Part shown: one piece after another, positions 38,854 to 48,836 of the stretch
Layout: the number at the start of each line of letters is the position of its first letter
Position numbering within the stretch: the first letter of the stretch is position 1
Assembly (NCBI GenBank): GCA_028281365.1
Contig: JANQJZ010000044.1
Location: 29,818 to 93,817, forward strand
DNA: 64,000 bases
Direction of reading: 5' to 3'
DNA from: Gammaproteobacteria bacterium
GTDB taxonomy: Bacteria > Pseudomonadota > Gammaproteobacteria > Eutrophobiales > Eutrophobiaceae
Translations under genes and position numbers: made by a program
The notes under the pieces: model-generated
What the model saw: the letters and a program-made list of their open reading frames with translations, nothing else
Databases searched by the model: none
What the model was told of the DNA's origin: nothing

Positions 38854-39624
38854 CTAAAGCTTAAATTCGGCAACAACAGGTGTATGGTCTGAAGGTCGCT
38901 CAAGTTTACGAGGTTCTTTATCGATATAACAGGCATTGCATGATTTAGATAAAACATTGGATGCTAAAATATGATCTATTCTTAGTCCTCGATTGCGGCG
39001 GAAAGAGGCAGCCCGATAGTCCCACCATGAAAATATTTTGTCTTCCTGATCAAATAAACGAAAACAATCCGTTAACCCATGTGACAGCATTTTTTTAAAT
39101 TCTTCTCTTTCAGCTTCACTAACAAGTACATTACCTTCCCATTCTATCGGATCATGTACATCCTGATCTTCCGGCGCAATATTAAAATCACCCAATATAA
39201 CCAGATTATCATTACCTTTTAATAGTCTTTTTATGAACGGATGTAATTTGGAAAACCATTCAAGCTTATATTGATATTTTTCTGAACCAACCTCTGAACC
39301 ATTTGGAACATATAAATTAAGTATTGCTATATCAGAAGTTCTAATAGCCAGGACACGCCGTTGTTCATCATCATAATCCGGTAGCGAACCGGCAAGTGTA
39401 TCTATAGGAGTTTTACTAATTGTTGCTACTCCATTATACGTTTTTTGTCCTGTGTAACTTACCTGATAGCCAGCTTTAGTGATGGCTTCAAGCGGAAAGT
39501 TTTCATCGATTGATTTGGTTTCCTGTAATGCCAAAACATCCGGTTTTTCGGATTCGAGCCATTGCAAAACATGCGGCAAACGTACTTTTAGTGAATTAAC
39601 ATTCCAGGTCGCGATCTTAAACAC
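38854..39624 (-). CDS. xth: Exodeoxyribonuclease III
   Basis: TWNVNS, LQETK, GDFNIAP, WWDYR, SDHTP. Confidence 0.96.
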   Translation of the reverse strand: MFKIATWNVNSLKVRLPHVLQWLESEKPDVLALQETKSIDENFPLEAITKAGYQVSYTGQKTYNGVATISKTPIDTLAGSLPDYDDEQRRVLAIRTSDIAILNLYVPNGSEVGSEKYQYKLEWFSKLHPFIKRLLKGNDNLVILGDFNIAPEDQDVHDPIEWEGNVLVSEAEREEFKKMLSHGLTDCFRLFDQEDKIFSWWDYRAASFRRNRGLRIDHILASNVLSKSCNACYIDKEPRKLERPSDHTPVVAEFKL

Positions 39625-39683
39625 AATATTATGCTGCGTAATTTTATTGTTTGTTTATATACAACAGGGGGTATGAACTATGA

Positions 39684-40424
39684 TCAAACTCTGAAACCAC
39701 CATGCCTGCGCCGGTTTAGAAAGTCGAGTAGATATGCACCAGCAGCCACGCCAATAATTAAAACAATAATACAGGTGGTAATCAATTGCTTCCAATTGGC
39801 AAAACCAAATGTTCCATTATTAACAGATAAATCAGTATCCTTGACATCGATACCAGATGATTGCATTTGAGCAATAAGCTGTTTATTTTCCTGTTTCAAT
39901 TTTTCAATTTCGGATAAAAATTTATCTGAATCATCAAGATCAGCAATCCTTGCTTTCAAGTCCGTCAATTCCGCCTGTAATTCTCCGGCTTTAAGTCGTT
40001 CTGAATTGAGTTGTTGCTCTAACTGTTTTTGTGAGCCTGTTGCTGCAGTGGATCCAGTGTTAATCGAGGTTTGACTTTTAGTCTTCAGGATTTCAATTTC
40101 CTTCAATAGCTTATTATTTTCGTTTTCCAAAACAGCCAACTGGGCCCGGCCAGGTTTTTGGGCAACAACATATTTAACGTTGATCCAGCCTTGAATTCCT
40201 TCGGGTTCTTTTACAAGAATCAAATCATCAGCGCGTTCAATGACTGTTAATTCTGTCCCACTTGGTACAAGTTTAGTAATCGGACTATCAACACTACGCT
40301 CTTGATGTAAACCAATATTTAAGCTGTCAATCACATAAAGTGTTTCTGCCGATGCCGGTAATATGAAGCTAATTAAAAAGACAAACAGCAGATATCTTGT
40401 TGATGAGTTGATTCGTAAATCCAT
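39684..40424 (-). CDS. SH3-domain coiled-coil membrane protein (YgiM/HtrG-like)
   Basis: Signal peptide, SH3b (GWI), coiled coil, C-terminal TM then RRRHGG. Confidence 0.8.
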   Translation of the reverse strand: MDLRINSSTRYLLFVFLISFILPASAETLYVIDSLNIGLHQERSVDSPITKLVPSGTELTVIERADDLILVKEPEGIQGWINVKYVVAQKPGRAQLAVLENENNKLLKEIEILKTKSQTSINTGSTAATGSQKQLEQQLNSERLKAGELQAELTDLKARIADLDDSDKFLSEIEKLKQENKQLIAQMQSSGIDVKDTDLSVNNGTFGFANWKQLITTCIIVLIIGVAAGAYLLDFLNRRRHGGFRV

Positions 40425-40427
40425 AAT

Positions 40428-42467
40428 TTATGCTGCTATTCCGGAATGTCTTAATAAAGGCTCAATACTCGGTTTACGTCCACGAAATTCGATAAATAAC
40501 TCCATCGGCTCTCGACTTCCACCTTGTTCAAGTATGGTTTGTAAAAATTCTCGGCCCGTTGTTTTATCAAAGATACCCTTTTCCTCAAATTTGGAAAAGG
40601 CATCAGCTGATAATACCTCTGCCCATTTATAGCTATAGTAACCGGCAGCATAGCCGCCGGCAAAAATATGCGAAAAACTATGTTGAAATCTATTGAAATC
40701 GGGCGGAATAATGACCGCAACCTCCCTGCGCACCTCATTTAATAAATCCTGTATATTCAAGCAGGGATTATTCGCAAACTCCAGATGCAGACGAAAATCA
40801 AAAATTGCAAATTCTAATTGTCTGACCATTTGCATGCCGGACTGGAAAGTCCTCGCATTATTCATTTTAGTGTAAAGCTCTTCGCTAATGACCTCTCCGG
40901 TTTTAACATGCCTGGCAAACAAATCCAGGGCCTCCTTCTCCCAGCACCAGTTCTCCATAAATTGGCTGGGTAATTCAACGGCATCCCACGGTACGCCATT
41001 GATTCCCGCCACACCACTATAATCGACCTGGGTTAACATATGGTGCAAACCATGACCAAATTCATGGAACAACGTCGTTACCTCGTCATGCGTTAGTAAT
41101 GAAGCGTCATTGCCTATTGGCGGTGTAAAATTACAGGTAAGATAAGCAACAGGATTTTGTATATTTTTATTAGATTTTCTTCTAACAATGCATTCGTCCA
41201 TCCATGCACCACCTCGTTTGTTTTGTCTCGCATATAGATCGAGATAAAAACCTGCTTTAACGTTCCCGCTATTACCATAAATCTCAAAATACAAAACATC
41301 TTCGTGCCATATACTTATATCTTCACGCCGGTGTATCGTTACATCATAGAGTTTTTCAGTTATAGCAAATAAACCTTCTATAACCTGATTTACAGGAAAA
41401 TAAGGTCGTAATGCTTCTTGTGAGATATCAAATTTTTCTTGTCTTAACTTTTCTGAATAATATGCAACATCCCATGCTTCCAGTGTGTCAATATTCGCGG
41501 TTTCTTTTACATAATTTTTTAACTCCTCAAATTCCTTTTGCGCATGAGTAATTGACTTGTTTGCCAAATCAGTCAGGAAGTTGATTACCTCTTCCGGATT
41601 CTCAGCCATCTTTGTTGCCAGGGAATAATGAGCATAACTTTCAAACCCAAGCATACGGGCTTTATCTGTTCTTAATTTAAGAATCTCGTACATGTTATTA
41701 CTGTTATCCCATTGCCCGGCATTTGGTCCCAGGTCGGAAGCACGGGTAACATAAGCATGATACATTTCCTTACGTAATTCGGAATTATCTGCATATTGCA
41801 TAACGGGCATATAGGATGGAAACTCCAGTGTAAACAACCAGCCCTGTTGGTTTTCATTTTTAGCAGCTTGTTCGGCCAGGGCTAAAGCTGTATCGGGCAA
41901 TCCGGAAAGTTCTTTTTTATCTGTGATTGGTTTTTTCCAGGCATATGTCGCATCCAGCAGGTTTTCTTCAAATTTTGTTTGCAGCCTGGATAATTTTTGC
42001 TGAATAGCTTTATACTTTTCTTTAGATTCTGCATCGAGATCGATTCCAGATAGACGAAAATCACGCAAGGAATTTTCAATTATCTTTTTTTGCGCATTGG
42101 ATAATGAATTATATTTCTCGCTGTTTGCTAAATTTTCAAAAGCTTTGAATAATTCGACATTCTGGCCCATTTCAGTTGAATAGTCTGAAAGCTTTGGCAA
42201 ACAAGCATTATATGCTTTTCGTAATTCATCATTATCCGCAACTGAATGCAGATGGCTTGCTGGTGACCATGCACGATTTAATTGATCATCCATATCTTCC
42301 AGGACTTGAACAAAACTGTCCCAATTCAAATCTGTAATATCCTCCAATATGGATTTAACTTCAGAACGGTTATTTGATATCAAATGATCTATCGCGGGCT
42401 CTATGTGATTAGCCTTAATAGAATCAAAATTCGGCAAACCTGCCATATTCAAAAGCGGATTGTTCAT
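40428..42467 (-). CDS. prlC: Oligopeptidase A
   Basis: MNNPLL, KRGGAWM, HEFGHGLHH, GYYSYKWAEVL. Confidence 0.96.
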   Translation of the reverse strand: MNNPLLNMAGLPNFDSIKANHIEPAIDHLISNNRSEVKSILEDITDLNWDSFVQVLEDMDDQLNRAWSPASHLHSVADNDELRKAYNACLPKLSDYSTEMGQNVELFKAFENLANSEKYNSLSNAQKKIIENSLRDFRLSGIDLDAESKEKYKAIQQKLSRLQTKFEENLLDATYAWKKPITDKKELSGLPDTALALAEQAAKNENQQGWLFTLEFPSYMPVMQYADNSELRKEMYHAYVTRASDLGPNAGQWDNSNNMYEILKLRTDKARMLGFESYAHYSLATKMAENPEEVINFLTDLANKSITHAQKEFEELKNYVKETANIDTLEAWDVAYYSEKLRQEKFDISQEALRPYFPVNQVIEGLFAITEKLYDVTIHRREDISIWHEDVLYFEIYGNSGNVKAGFYLDLYARQNKRGGAWMDECIVRRKSNKNIQNPVAYLTCNFTPPIGNDASLLTHDEVTTLFHEFGHGLHHMLTQVDYSGVAGINGVPWDAVELPSQFMENWCWEKEALDLFARHVKTGEVISEELYTKMNNARTFQSGMQMVRQLEFAIFDFRLHLEFANNPCLNIQDLLNEVRREVAVIIPPDFNRFQHSFSHIFAGGYAAGYYSYKWAEVLSADAFSKFEEKGIFDKTTGREFLQTILEQGGSREPMELFIEFRGRKPSIEPLLRHSGIAA

Positions 42468-42521
42468 ATTTAAAGATATAAAGTTATATTTTTTTATTTC
42501 AAGATATTAAGTCAAAATGCA

Positions 42522-43481
42522 CTAACTCGCTAATCTTATACTTATCATCCAGGTTACAAGACTGCCAGCAATTAAAAAAACGCCAATGGAAAGAAGCGAA
42601 TATATATGTAGTTTTTTCGTCAGGTCATCCTGTGCAAGTGCCGACAATATATAAGGTCTGCGCCGATCATTGGTCTTGCCCATTAGATGCACGGGCGGTA
42701 ACAGTTTTTGTTCATCATGTTTTTCCATAACTTTTTTATATGCTGCTTCCCTGACTTTTTGCCATTCCTGTAAATCCAGTTCACCGTCTTTATCGGTATC
42801 AAACTGTTTCATCAATTTTTCTGTATCTGTCTTCCATTCTCTTATTAATTCACGAACATCTTCGTTCACATCCAATTTTGCTCCGGAACCACCTACTGTT
42901 TTATAAAAACCAATCGCATAAAGACTCTCACCAGAGTGCAATAGTTTCTCCGTGTACCTGTATTTATTCACGCTCCCAATAAGACTTCTGGTAAATCGAC
43001 CCATAGCACTTGCTTTAACACTTCCAGGGTTAGCAGACGGAGATGAACTATGACCATACCAAACCCGACTATCACTAACAGTGACATTAGCCCCTTCCGG
43101 GTCAATGACACACTCACCCGTTTCGTCCTTTATTAAAAATAATTCATCACTGATTCCTTTCCTGATGGTTTTCCATTCCGTGCGTTTTCCACTTTGCCTT
43201 CGTTCTTCAACCCGGTACTCATACCATGTGCATGATTTACCGGTTAAAGGTGAAGCAATAGGTTGACCGTCCATCAAATAGCCATGCCCAACTAATTCAA
43301 TATAACCCTGGGCAGCGGAACGTATCTTCGATGTCGGCGTATCTTCTATGATTCTTTTTTTATGTGTGACGTGAAAAGCAAAGAAAAAGCCTGTTATTGC
43401 AGCAACAACTAATCCTGTAGACCAAAGCCAAAAATCGTCAGACGGACTTATTATGACCCATTCTTTCAGAGTATTAAGCAT
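42522..43481 (-). CDS. GIDE-domain membrane protein with EF-hand
   Basis: TM, IEDTPTSKIRSAAQGYIEL, RYTEKLL..GE.LYAIG, DTDKDGELDLQEW, C-terminal TM. Confidence 0.75.
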   Translation of the reverse strand: MLNTLKEWVIISPSDDFWLWSTGLVVAAITGFFFAFHVTHKKRIIEDTPTSKIRSAAQGYIELVGHGYLMDGQPIASPLTGKSCTWYEYRVEERRQSGKRTEWKTIRKGISDELFLIKDETGECVIDPEGANVTVSDSRVWYGHSSSPSANPGSVKASAMGRFTRSLIGSVNKYRYTEKLLHSGESLYAIGFYKTVGGSGAKLDVNEDVRELIREWKTDTEKLMKQFDTDKDGELDLQEWQKVREAAYKKVMEKHDEQKLLPPVHLMGKTNDRRRPYILSALAQDDLTKKLHIYSLLSIGVFLIAGSLVTWMISIRLAS

Positions 43482-43505
43482 CTCGGACTAAACTAAAAAG
43501 AAGAT

Positions 43506-44078
43506 TTAATTAAATAAAGCTTTTATATCTACGTCTTTCTTTTCTTCGTCGCTAAATTCAAGTAAGTCTCTAGCAGTAAACGCCATCATCCTGGCAATGA
43601 TTACATCCGGAAATTGTTCTATCCGAACATTATTTGCGTTGACAGATTCATTATAAAATTCACGTCGATCTGCTATCGCTTCTTCCAGCCCTGAAATACG
43701 TTGCTGCAGATGTTGAAAATTTTCATTGGCTTTTAAATCCGGGTAGGCCTCGGCAACAGCAAACAGATTACCCAATCCCATTCTAAGTTGAGTCTCTGCT
43801 GGACCCAGTGAAGAAACATCGCCTTTTTCTCTTGCTGCAAACACAGCCGCGCGCGCCTGCATCACTTTTTCCAATGTTTCCTGTTCAAATCCCATATATT
43901 GTTTACAGGTTTCAACCAGCTTTGGTAACTCATCGTGACGTTGTTTTAACAATACATCAATATTTGACCACGCCTTGGAAACATTGTGTTTTAAGGAAAC
44001 CAGGTTGTTATAGATAGTAACAACGTACATGACTATTGCTGCAACTATTCCCAGAAAAATGATCGTGGATACATCCAT
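43506..44078 (-). CDS. lemA: LemA family protein
   Basis: YNNLV, AWSNIDVLLKQRHD, EAYPDLKANENF, RREFYN, FP. Confidence 0.95.
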   Translation of the reverse strand: MDVSTIIFLGIVAAIVMYVVTIYNNLVSLKHNVSKAWSNIDVLLKQRHDELPKLVETCKQYMGFEQETLEKVMQARAAVFAAREKGDVSSLGPAETQLRMGLGNLFAVAEAYPDLKANENFQHLQQRISGLEEAIADRREFYNESVNANNVRIEQFPDVIIARMMAFTARDLLEFSDEEKKDVDIKALFN

Positions 44079-44136
44079 TTAACTTCTCCTTAAAATTTAT
44101 GATGTAAAAATTATAGCGACTATCAGCTAATCTAAA

Positions 44137-44201
44137 TAGTAATAATTATCATTAAGAAACAAATACTTATAAATTGACAAGCGTTATTTAGTACCTATTA
44201 T
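44137..44201 (+). promoter_or_regulatory. Fur box upstream of the bfr sigma70 promoter
   Basis: TAGTAAT-A-ATTATCA (44137-51); TTGACA (44174)-N16-TATTAT. Confidence 0.6.
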
Positions 44202-44244
44202 TAATTCATTCATTTTAGATAAATCATTACAGGACAAACACATT

Positions 44245-44709
44245 ATGCAGGGTAATAAACAGGTTATCGTTCATTTAAATAAAGTATTAAAAAATGAGTT
44301 AACGGCAATTAACCAATATTTTTTACATGCGCGCATGTATAAAAATTTTGGCTTAAAAGAACTTAATGAGCATGAATACCAAGAATCTGTTGACGAGATG
44401 AAACATGCTGATCAATTAATTGAGCGCATTTTGTTTCTGGAAGGTTTACCAAATTTACAGGACCTGGGTAAATTAAAGATTGGCGAGAACCCCAAGGAAA
44501 TGTTAGAGGCTGATCTAGAACTTGAAATGGAGGCCTTACCTGACTTGAAAGAAGCCATTCAATTTTGTGAAACCGAGCAAGACTATGTATCACGTGAGAT
44601 TTTTGAAGAGATCCTTGAGAGTGAAGAAGAACATGTCGATTGGTTGGAAACCCAATTAGACCTAATCAATAAGGTTGGTCTGGAAAATTATTTACAATCC
44701 AAGATGTAA
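44245..44709 (+). CDS. bfr: Bacterioferritin
   Basis: [26 protein letters not shown]. Confidence 0.97.
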   Translation: MQGNKQVIVHLNKVLKNELTAINQYFLHARMYKNFGLKELNEHEYQESVDEMKHADQLIERILFLEGLPNLQDLGKLKIGENPKEMLEADLELEMEALPDLKEAIQFCETEQDYVSREIFEEILESEEEHVDWLETQLDLINKVGLENYLQSKM

Positions 44710-44716
44710 ATTATTG

Positions 44717-44751
44717 AAAAACCTGCTTTTATTTAAAAAAACAGGTTTTTT
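44717..44751 (+). terminator. Probable terminator after bfr
   Basis: AAAAACCTG...CAGGTTTTTT. Confidence 0.6.
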
Positions 44752-44764
44752 ATTCAATTCTATT

Positions 44765-44779
44765 TGATAATAATTCTCA
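44765..44779 (+). promoter_or_regulatory. Fur box upstream of bfd
   Basis: TGATAAT-A-ATTCTCA, one mismatch to the 7-1-7 consensus. Confidence 0.85.
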
Positions 44780-44831
44780 TTAAGACTACAATTCTTAATT
44801 AATTATATACGGATATGTCGATAAATATATT

Positions 44832-45029
44832 ATGTACGTTTGTGTTTGTAACGCCATTACCGAGTCAGACATTAAACAGGCCGTAAATGATGGGGCCAAT
44901 TGTCTGAAGCATCTTGAAACCAAACTGGGAGTAAGTAACCAGTGTGGCGCATGCAGTTGTGATGCAAAGCAATGCCTGACTACAGCATTAGAAGATCAAG
45001 TCACTGATTTCGACGTAATCACTTACTAA
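44832..45029 (+). CDS. bfd: Bacterioferritin-associated ferredoxin
   Basis: MYVCVCNAI...CGAC. Confidence 0.95.
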   Translation: MYVCVCNAITESDIKQAVNDGANCLKHLETKLGVSNQCGACSCDAKQCLTTALEDQVTDFDVITY

Positions 45030-45087
45030 TTTATCCCTGAATATCTCTCACAGCTATGTGATTTAGTGGATAGATATTTTTAATAAA

Positions 45088-45102
45088 TAATAATGATTCT
45101 TA
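45088..45102 (+). promoter_or_regulatory. Fur box upstream of the porin gene
   Basis: TAATAAT-G-ATTCTTA. Confidence 0.65.
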
Positions 45103-45141
45103 TTTTGATTTAGATTTAAACATCTATTATTGGGAGGAACT

Positions 45142-46401
45142 ATGAACGTTAATACAAATATCAAAAAAACAATATATTTAATGGTTGCAGCATTGATGGT
45201 GGCACTATCGCCCACTGCCTATTCGGAAACGCCTGATGCTGAAGAGATGTGGAAGATCATCCAGCAGCAACAAAAGGTGATAGAGCAGTTACAAAAGAAG
45301 CTCGAACAGACAGAAGAGAAAGTTCAGGTGACGGAGCAGAAAGTCGAAGAGACGGCCCAGGAAGTTGAAGCGGCGGCTGAGGCAATCGAGACTGCATCAT
45401 CTTCGACAACCGGCAGTGGCTGGTGGGAAAGGACCAGCCTCGGTGGTTATGGTGAACTTCACTTCAATAGCCGAGATGGCGACGACCAGGTCGATTTTCA
45501 CCGTTACGTACTCTACGTTGGACATGAATTTACCGATAGCGTCCGCTTCTTCTCAGAGTGGGAGTTGGAACATTCTCTGGCAGGCGAAGGTAAGCCCGGT
45601 GAAGTGGAGCTCGAACAAGCCTGGATTGAATTGGATATCAATGATAATCATCGCTTCCGTGCCGGTCTGGATATCCTGCCTATCGGTATTATCAATCCTA
45701 CGCATGAACCAAATACCTTTTATGGCGTAGAGAGAAACCGTGTTGAATCGGAAATCATTCCGGCAACATGGTGGGAAGCAGGCGCAGGATTTAATGGTGA
45801 ATTTGCACCGGGTTGGAATTATCACGTCGTTCTTCACTCAGGACTGGATGTCCCGGTTACTGGTTCCAGTGCCGGTAGAATTCGAAGCGGTCGACAAAAG
45901 GTTGCAGAAGCCACAGCTGATCATCTGGCCACAACCGGTAGCTTGAGATTCACCGGTATTCCCGGACTGGAGCTTGGTACTTCATTTCAATACCAGGAAG
46001 ACATAACCGCGGGTGATGATGTTGGTGCAAACGAAGCAACCTTGTTTACCTTTCACGGTGATTACAAACATAGTTCAGGATTTGGACTACGTGCCTTATA
46101 CGCCCGTTGGGACCTGGACATGGTCATAGAGGCGGGTACAGAAGATGACGAACAAGATGGTTTCTACATCGAGCCGTCTTATCGCTTTAGCGAGCTGGTG
46201 GCAATGGGTGATATAGGTATCTTTGGCCGCTGGCAACAACTTGACCTGGCCAATGACAGAGAAGAAGAAAGTGTAGTAGCTGGTATCCAATGGTGGCCGG
46301 TTGATCAGGTTGTCTTCAAGTTTGACTATGAAAACAGGGAAGATGAAGATGCCAACACTGATCAGGATATCTACAGCCTGGGGTTAGGTTTCTCATTCTA
46401 A
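45142..46401 (+). CDS. Outer-membrane beta-barrel porin with periplasmic coiled coil
   Basis: Signal peptide, Q/E-rich coiled coil, GGYGELH, ELEH, GEVELEQAW, HEP, terminal LGLGFSF; GGAGG SD. Confidence 0.85.
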   Translation: MNVNTNIKKTIYLMVAALMVALSPTAYSETPDAEEMWKIIQQQQKVIEQLQKKLEQTEEKVQVTEQKVEETAQEVEAAAEAIETASSSTTGSGWWERTSLGGYGELHFNSRDGDDQVDFHRYVLYVGHEFTDSVRFFSEWELEHSLAGEGKPGEVELEQAWIELDINDNHRFRAGLDILPIGIINPTHEPNTFYGVERNRVESEIIPATWWEAGAGFNGEFAPGWNYHVVLHSGLDVPVTGSSAGRIRSGRQKVAEATADHLATTGSLRFTGIPGLELGTSFQYQEDITAGDDVGANEATLFTFHGDYKHSSGFGLRALYARWDLDMVIEAGTEDDEQDGFYIEPSYRFSELVAMGDIGIFGRWQQLDLANDREEESVVAGIQWWPVDQVVFKFDYENREDEDANTDQDIYSLGLGFSF

Positions 46402-46462
46402 TTTCAGAACTGTTATTTAAAGAATTATCGTTTAACGATAATATCCTCTGGTGATGATATTA

Positions 46463-46489
46463 AGGGCGCTTTTTAAGCGCCCTCTTTTT
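46463..46489 (+). terminator. Terminator between porin and FMN-binding gene
   Basis: AGGGCGCT-loop-AGCGCCCT followed by T tract. Confidence 0.75.
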
Positions 46490-46504
46490 ATGTTTAATTA
46501 AATA

Positions 46505-47029
46505 ATGAAGAAAAGATTAATCTATTTTTTTACTGCTGGTTTTATTTTTTTGTGCCTGGATTCACATGCAAAAGGAACCTATTTAGAACCAGAGCAGTTT
46601 TTAGTTAATACATTTGGAAACAATGTTCCTAAACCAAAAAAATTATGGATTAAAAAAGACCTGAAGCCGGAAATAAAAAAGATCATGGAACATGATCTGG
46701 GCGTTATACGACTACGTTACTGGGATAATGGCGTAAAGACTGCCTGGATATTAGAAGAGATTGGTAGGGATAAACCGATAACCGTTGGTTTAGTCATAAA
46801 AGACAAAAAAATTGAAAAGGTCAATGTATTAATCTTTCGTGAATCCAGGGGCTGGGAAGTAAAATATCCCTTCTTTACAGATCAATACAAGCAAGTCAGT
46901 CTATTGCCTGGATATAAACTTGATAAAAAGATCGATGGGATATCAGGGGCAACGCTTTCTGTTAATGCGTTAAATAAATTGGCCCGACTTGCGTTATATC
47001 TCGACTCATATGTAAAAAAGAATAAATAG
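46505..47029 (+). CDS. Periplasmic FMN-binding-domain protein
   Basis: Signal peptide, FRESRGWEV, IDGISGATLS flavinylation motif. Confidence 0.85.
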   Translation: MKKRLIYFFTAGFIFLCLDSHAKGTYLEPEQFLVNTFGNNVPKPKKLWIKKDLKPEIKKIMEHDLGVIRLRYWDNGVKTAWILEEIGRDKPITVGLVIKDKKIEKVNVLIFRESRGWEVKYPFFTDQYKQVSLLPGYKLDKKIDGISGATLSVNALNKLARLALYLDSYVKKNK

Positions 47030-47030
47030 T

Positions 47031-47750
47031 ATGTTTGCATTTTTTCAAAAGTGGCACAGGAAGATAGGCATTATTGTTGCACTTTTCGTCATTTTCCTGG
47101 TGATTAGTGGCATAGCACTGAATCATAGTCATACACTAAAACTAAACATTCATTATATAAAGAATGATTGGTTGCTTGATTTATATCAAATTAACCCGAC
47201 AAAAAAACCGATAGGGTTTAATGAAGCGAATAATTGGGTGACTCAAATAGAAAATAGAATTTATTTTAATGATATAGAAGTAGCAAATGATATCGATCAA
47301 CTATTTGGCCTGATTTTAATTAACGACAATTTTGTTATTGCTATGGATGGCCAGTTAACACTGGTATCTAAACAAGGGGAAATCATAGAGCATATGACTG
47401 GTGCCGACGGTGTTCCTGCAGGGATGCGTGAGATTGGTATTTCAGATGAAAAAAATATAATTATTAAAGCCGCACATGGATTTTATCAGGTAAATCTCGA
47501 TGAACTTGAGTGGGAGGAATTTGATCATCTTGATGCTGTATGGTCAAAGGCCAAACCATTACCGAATGAGCTTGAACAATCACTACTTAAAAAATATCGA
47601 GGCACAGGACTCAGCATGGAAAGAGTCTTACTGGATTTACACAGTGGCAGAATTTTAGGTCCATGGGGGGTGTATCTGGTTGATATTGCCGCGATATTGT
47701 TTTTATTGCTGGCTTTAAGCGGCTCCTGGATGTGGTGGACAAAACGCTAA
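47031..47750 (+). CDS. PepSY-associated TM protein
   Basis: WHRKIG, SGIALNH, LLDLHSGR..G, C-terminal TM ending SG.WMW. Confidence 0.85.
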   Translation: MFAFFQKWHRKIGIIVALFVIFLVISGIALNHSHTLKLNIHYIKNDWLLDLYQINPTKKPIGFNEANNWVTQIENRIYFNDIEVANDIDQLFGLILINDNFVIAMDGQLTLVSKQGEIIEHMTGADGVPAGMREIGISDEKNIIIKAAHGFYQVNLDELEWEEFDHLDAVWSKAKPLPNELEQSLLKKYRGTGLSMERVLLDLHSGRILGPWGVYLVDIAAILFLLLALSGSWMWWTKR

Positions 47751-47774
47751 AAAAATTTTTACATATTATGTAAT

Positions 47775-47789
47775 TCGGAATCATTATCA
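47775..47789 (+). promoter_or_regulatory. Fur box upstream of fbpA
   Basis: TCGGAAT-C-ATTATCA(TT). Confidence 0.6.
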
Positions 47790-47824
47790 TTTATACTTTC
47801 AAAATACGGAAATAAGCTATAAAA

Positions 47825-48829
47825 ATGAAGAACTTATTAATTATTGTATTACTGCTTTTTCAACAACAACTATTTGCTGCGGAAGTGAATGTCTATTCCG
47901 CGCGTAAAGAGGCCTTGATTAAACCGTTATTCGATCAGTTTACTGAACAAACAGGCATCGATGTAAATCTTGTAACCGGTAAGGCAGACACATTAATAAA
48001 ACGTCTGGAAGTTGAAGACAAAAATAGTCCCGCGGATATTTTAATAACTGTTGATGTTGCCCGCTTAATCAGAGGAAAAGAAAAAGGACTATTTCAATCC
48101 GTGAATTCAACTATTTTAGAAGAAACTATTCCTGTTCATTACCGCGATAGTAATAAAGAATGGTTTGGTTTGTCATTGCGATCACGTGTCATGGTTTATG
48201 CGCCTGATCGTGTTACTGATGATGAGCTTGACAGCTATATCGATCTTGCTGATGAAACCTGGAAGAATCGATTATGTGTCCGTTCATCTTCTAACGTCTA
48301 TAATCAGTCATTAGTTGCTGCCATGATTTCAAATTATGGTATTGAAAAAACGAAACACTGGGCGGATAGATTAGTTGGTAATTTTGCAAGACCTCCTAAA
48401 GGTGGTGATCGCGATCAAATTAAGGCTGTTGCAGCCGGGATATGCGATGTTGCTTTAGTTAATAACTATTACCTGGCGGGCATGTTGGAATCATCACGAG
48501 ATGATGAAGTCACTGCAGCTAAAAAAGTAAAATTATTCTGGCCAAATCAAGATGGTCGTGGTGCACATATGAATATTAGTGGTGCTGCACTTTTAAAATC
48601 GGCGAAACATAAAAATGAAGCGGTGAAATTACTTGAATTTCTTGTTAGTGATGCTGCACAACAATGGTATGCAGACACCAATCACGAATATTCCATTAAC
48701 CAGAAAATAAAAAGTAATTCAATATTAAAAAATTGGGGTGACTTTAAAGCTGATACATTAAATTTAAGCCTGTTAGGCAAACATAATACGGATGCTGTCA
48801 TATTAATGGACCAGGTTGGTTGGAAATGA
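47825..48829 (+). CDS. fbpA: Fe(III) ABC transporter substrate-binding protein (FutA/FbpA)
   Basis: VYSAR, RSSSNVYNQSL, GGDRDQ, NNYY tandem Tyr. Confidence 0.92.
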   Translation: MKNLLIIVLLLFQQQLFAAEVNVYSARKEALIKPLFDQFTEQTGIDVNLVTGKADTLIKRLEVEDKNSPADILITVDVARLIRGKEKGLFQSVNSTILEETIPVHYRDSNKEWFGLSLRSRVMVYAPDRVTDDELDSYIDLADETWKNRLCVRSSSNVYNQSLVAAMISNYGIEKTKHWADRLVGNFARPPKGGDRDQIKAVAAGICDVALVNNYYLAGMLESSRDDEVTAAKKVKLFWPNQDGRGAHMNISGAALLKSAKHKNEAVKLLEFLVSDAAQQWYADTNHEYSINQKIKSNSILKNWGDFKADTLNLSLLGKHNTDAVILMDQVGWK

Positions 48830-48836
48830 TGACACC

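Noticed and set aside
45142-46401. Horizontal transfer of the porin gene (higher GC by eye)
   Set aside because: prs and rplY look similarly shifted, so expression-linked codon bias is a sufficient explanation; no mobility signatures.
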